A stretch of 63,998 nucleotides of DNA, counting the filler, from Jimgerdemannia flammicorona (lineage: Eukaryota), in assembly GCA_003990765.1 (NCBI GenBank). It is 3 parts of 3 records of this genome, joined end to end, with 100 filler letters (N's around TTAATTAATTAA, not from the genome) between each part and the next. Parts side by side here need not be neighbours in the genome. Positions count along the whole stretch, not along the records: positions 42,915 to 63,998 come from RBNJ01001539.1; 2 more parts are not named here. One strand, 5' to 3'. The notes under the pieces were generated by a model. That model was not told where the DNA came from, did no database searches, and worked only from the letters and a program-made list of their open reading frames with translations. Position numbers and translations under genes: made by a program. The number at the start of each line of letters is the position of its first letter. Position 1 is the stretch's first letter. Shown in pieces: positions 63,135 to 63,998 of this stretch.

Positions 63135-63630
63135 TCAAACTACTAAGACTCTTCTATATATATATAAATTTAAAATTTGGCTCTACAGAAGTATAATAAA
63201 TATCCTTTATACTCATTCTATGCAGCCATATTTTTTTTTTTTATAAAAAAATCTTTAGCAGTAGATTCTCGAAGTTGAGGATCTTTACTATGAAACTGAC
63301 CAGACTTGCAGTAGTGATATCATATAATGTGACTGAAAGTGCAGTAGTAATATCATATAAATGTGGCTGAAAGTGGCTGAAACAATGGCATATACTATGT
63401 ATGTAGAGAAAAAACATTTTGACCTATAATGCCACACAAAATCAAGCACATAACTCAATTGTTGCATACTCTCACTAAAGTGAATCAGACTAAGAAACAA
63501 CATATATCCTTATCCGAGTATCATCTACTCAAGGACACTGAAACCATCATATGCAATCTATCTCTCAGTACTGATAAATATGCCAAAGAGATTGCCACAT
63601 ATGAATGGGATGAAGATACTAGAGATGGAT

Positions 63631-63998
63631 CTTTCTCCGGTAACATTCAGGTTACACAACCCTTTGGCAACACTTTCGACACAGTTTCTGGAGAAAAGCT
63701 ACTAGTTTCATGGCGACCAACGAGCATCCGGAGGTGCGTACTGGGCAGGGTGGCCCTGGAGCGTTCGAGTGGCAGAATGTGGGGAGAGGTCCTGGCTTGG
63801 GGGGAAGCATGAGGGGCCTGCTGGCAGGAGGCCGTGGTGGAGGAGGAGACAGGGCTGGTGGGCAAGGGTCGGCTGGCGACAATGGGGGAAAGTCTGGGCT
63901 CCCGAGCTTTGCGGACAAGGTCAAGGGGAGTGGGTGGCCAGCTGGGGGAAGGGCTGGTGCTGCTGAGGGGAAGGGCAAGGCAAGCCTAGGGAGGGGGG
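63631..63998 (+). mobile_element. 5' end of a younger copy of the LINE family; ORF1 is open from ATG 63710 to the window end
   Basis: MATNEHPEVRTGQGGPGAFEWQNVGRG...SFADKVK.SGWP aligns with 56956 (MSTSKRADISTRSDRPGAFN*QYIGRG...SFADMLRTEGWP); the 5' UTRs are similar; CpGs are retained. Confidence 0.8.

Noticed and set aside
63429..63812. 127-aa ORF
   Set aside because: A chimeric frame running from a decayed repeat into the young LINE 5' UTR and ORF1, out of frame.

Overview
Fungal genomic DNA, probably from an early-diverging (Mucoromycota-like) lineage; the taxon is inferred from gene style and repeat content. The window is three separate contigs (1-21357, 21458-42814, 42915-end) joined by artificial N-TTAATTAATTAA-N linkers, so neighbourhoods across the linkers mean nothing. 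CpG-rich gene islands hold intron-containing genes: a class I SAM methyltransferase head-to-head with a Cdc25/Ych1-type rhodanese phosphatase, an F-box protein, RNR1 (14 exons, MCB cluster in its promoter), a 3'-truncated Ale1-type MBOAT, ALG10 and an ING/PHD protein. The rest is nested transposons: two dUTPase-carrying Ty3/Gypsy lineages (one a chromovirus), solo LTRs, L1/Tx1-like LINEs, an apparently endonuclease-less Penelope-like element, and a hAT transposon with its foldback MITEs. Most repeats are eroded by C-to-T/G-to-A changes that include CpA/TpG sites. Best leads: (1) a 1.5-kb solo LTR with its own intact, TATA-preceded 280-aa gene in U3; (2) RIP-like CpA hypermutation; (3) the two-ORF EN-less Penelope element; (4) one 4-bp ATAC/GTAT target shared by three solo LTRs; (5) an unusual RNR1 specificity loop.
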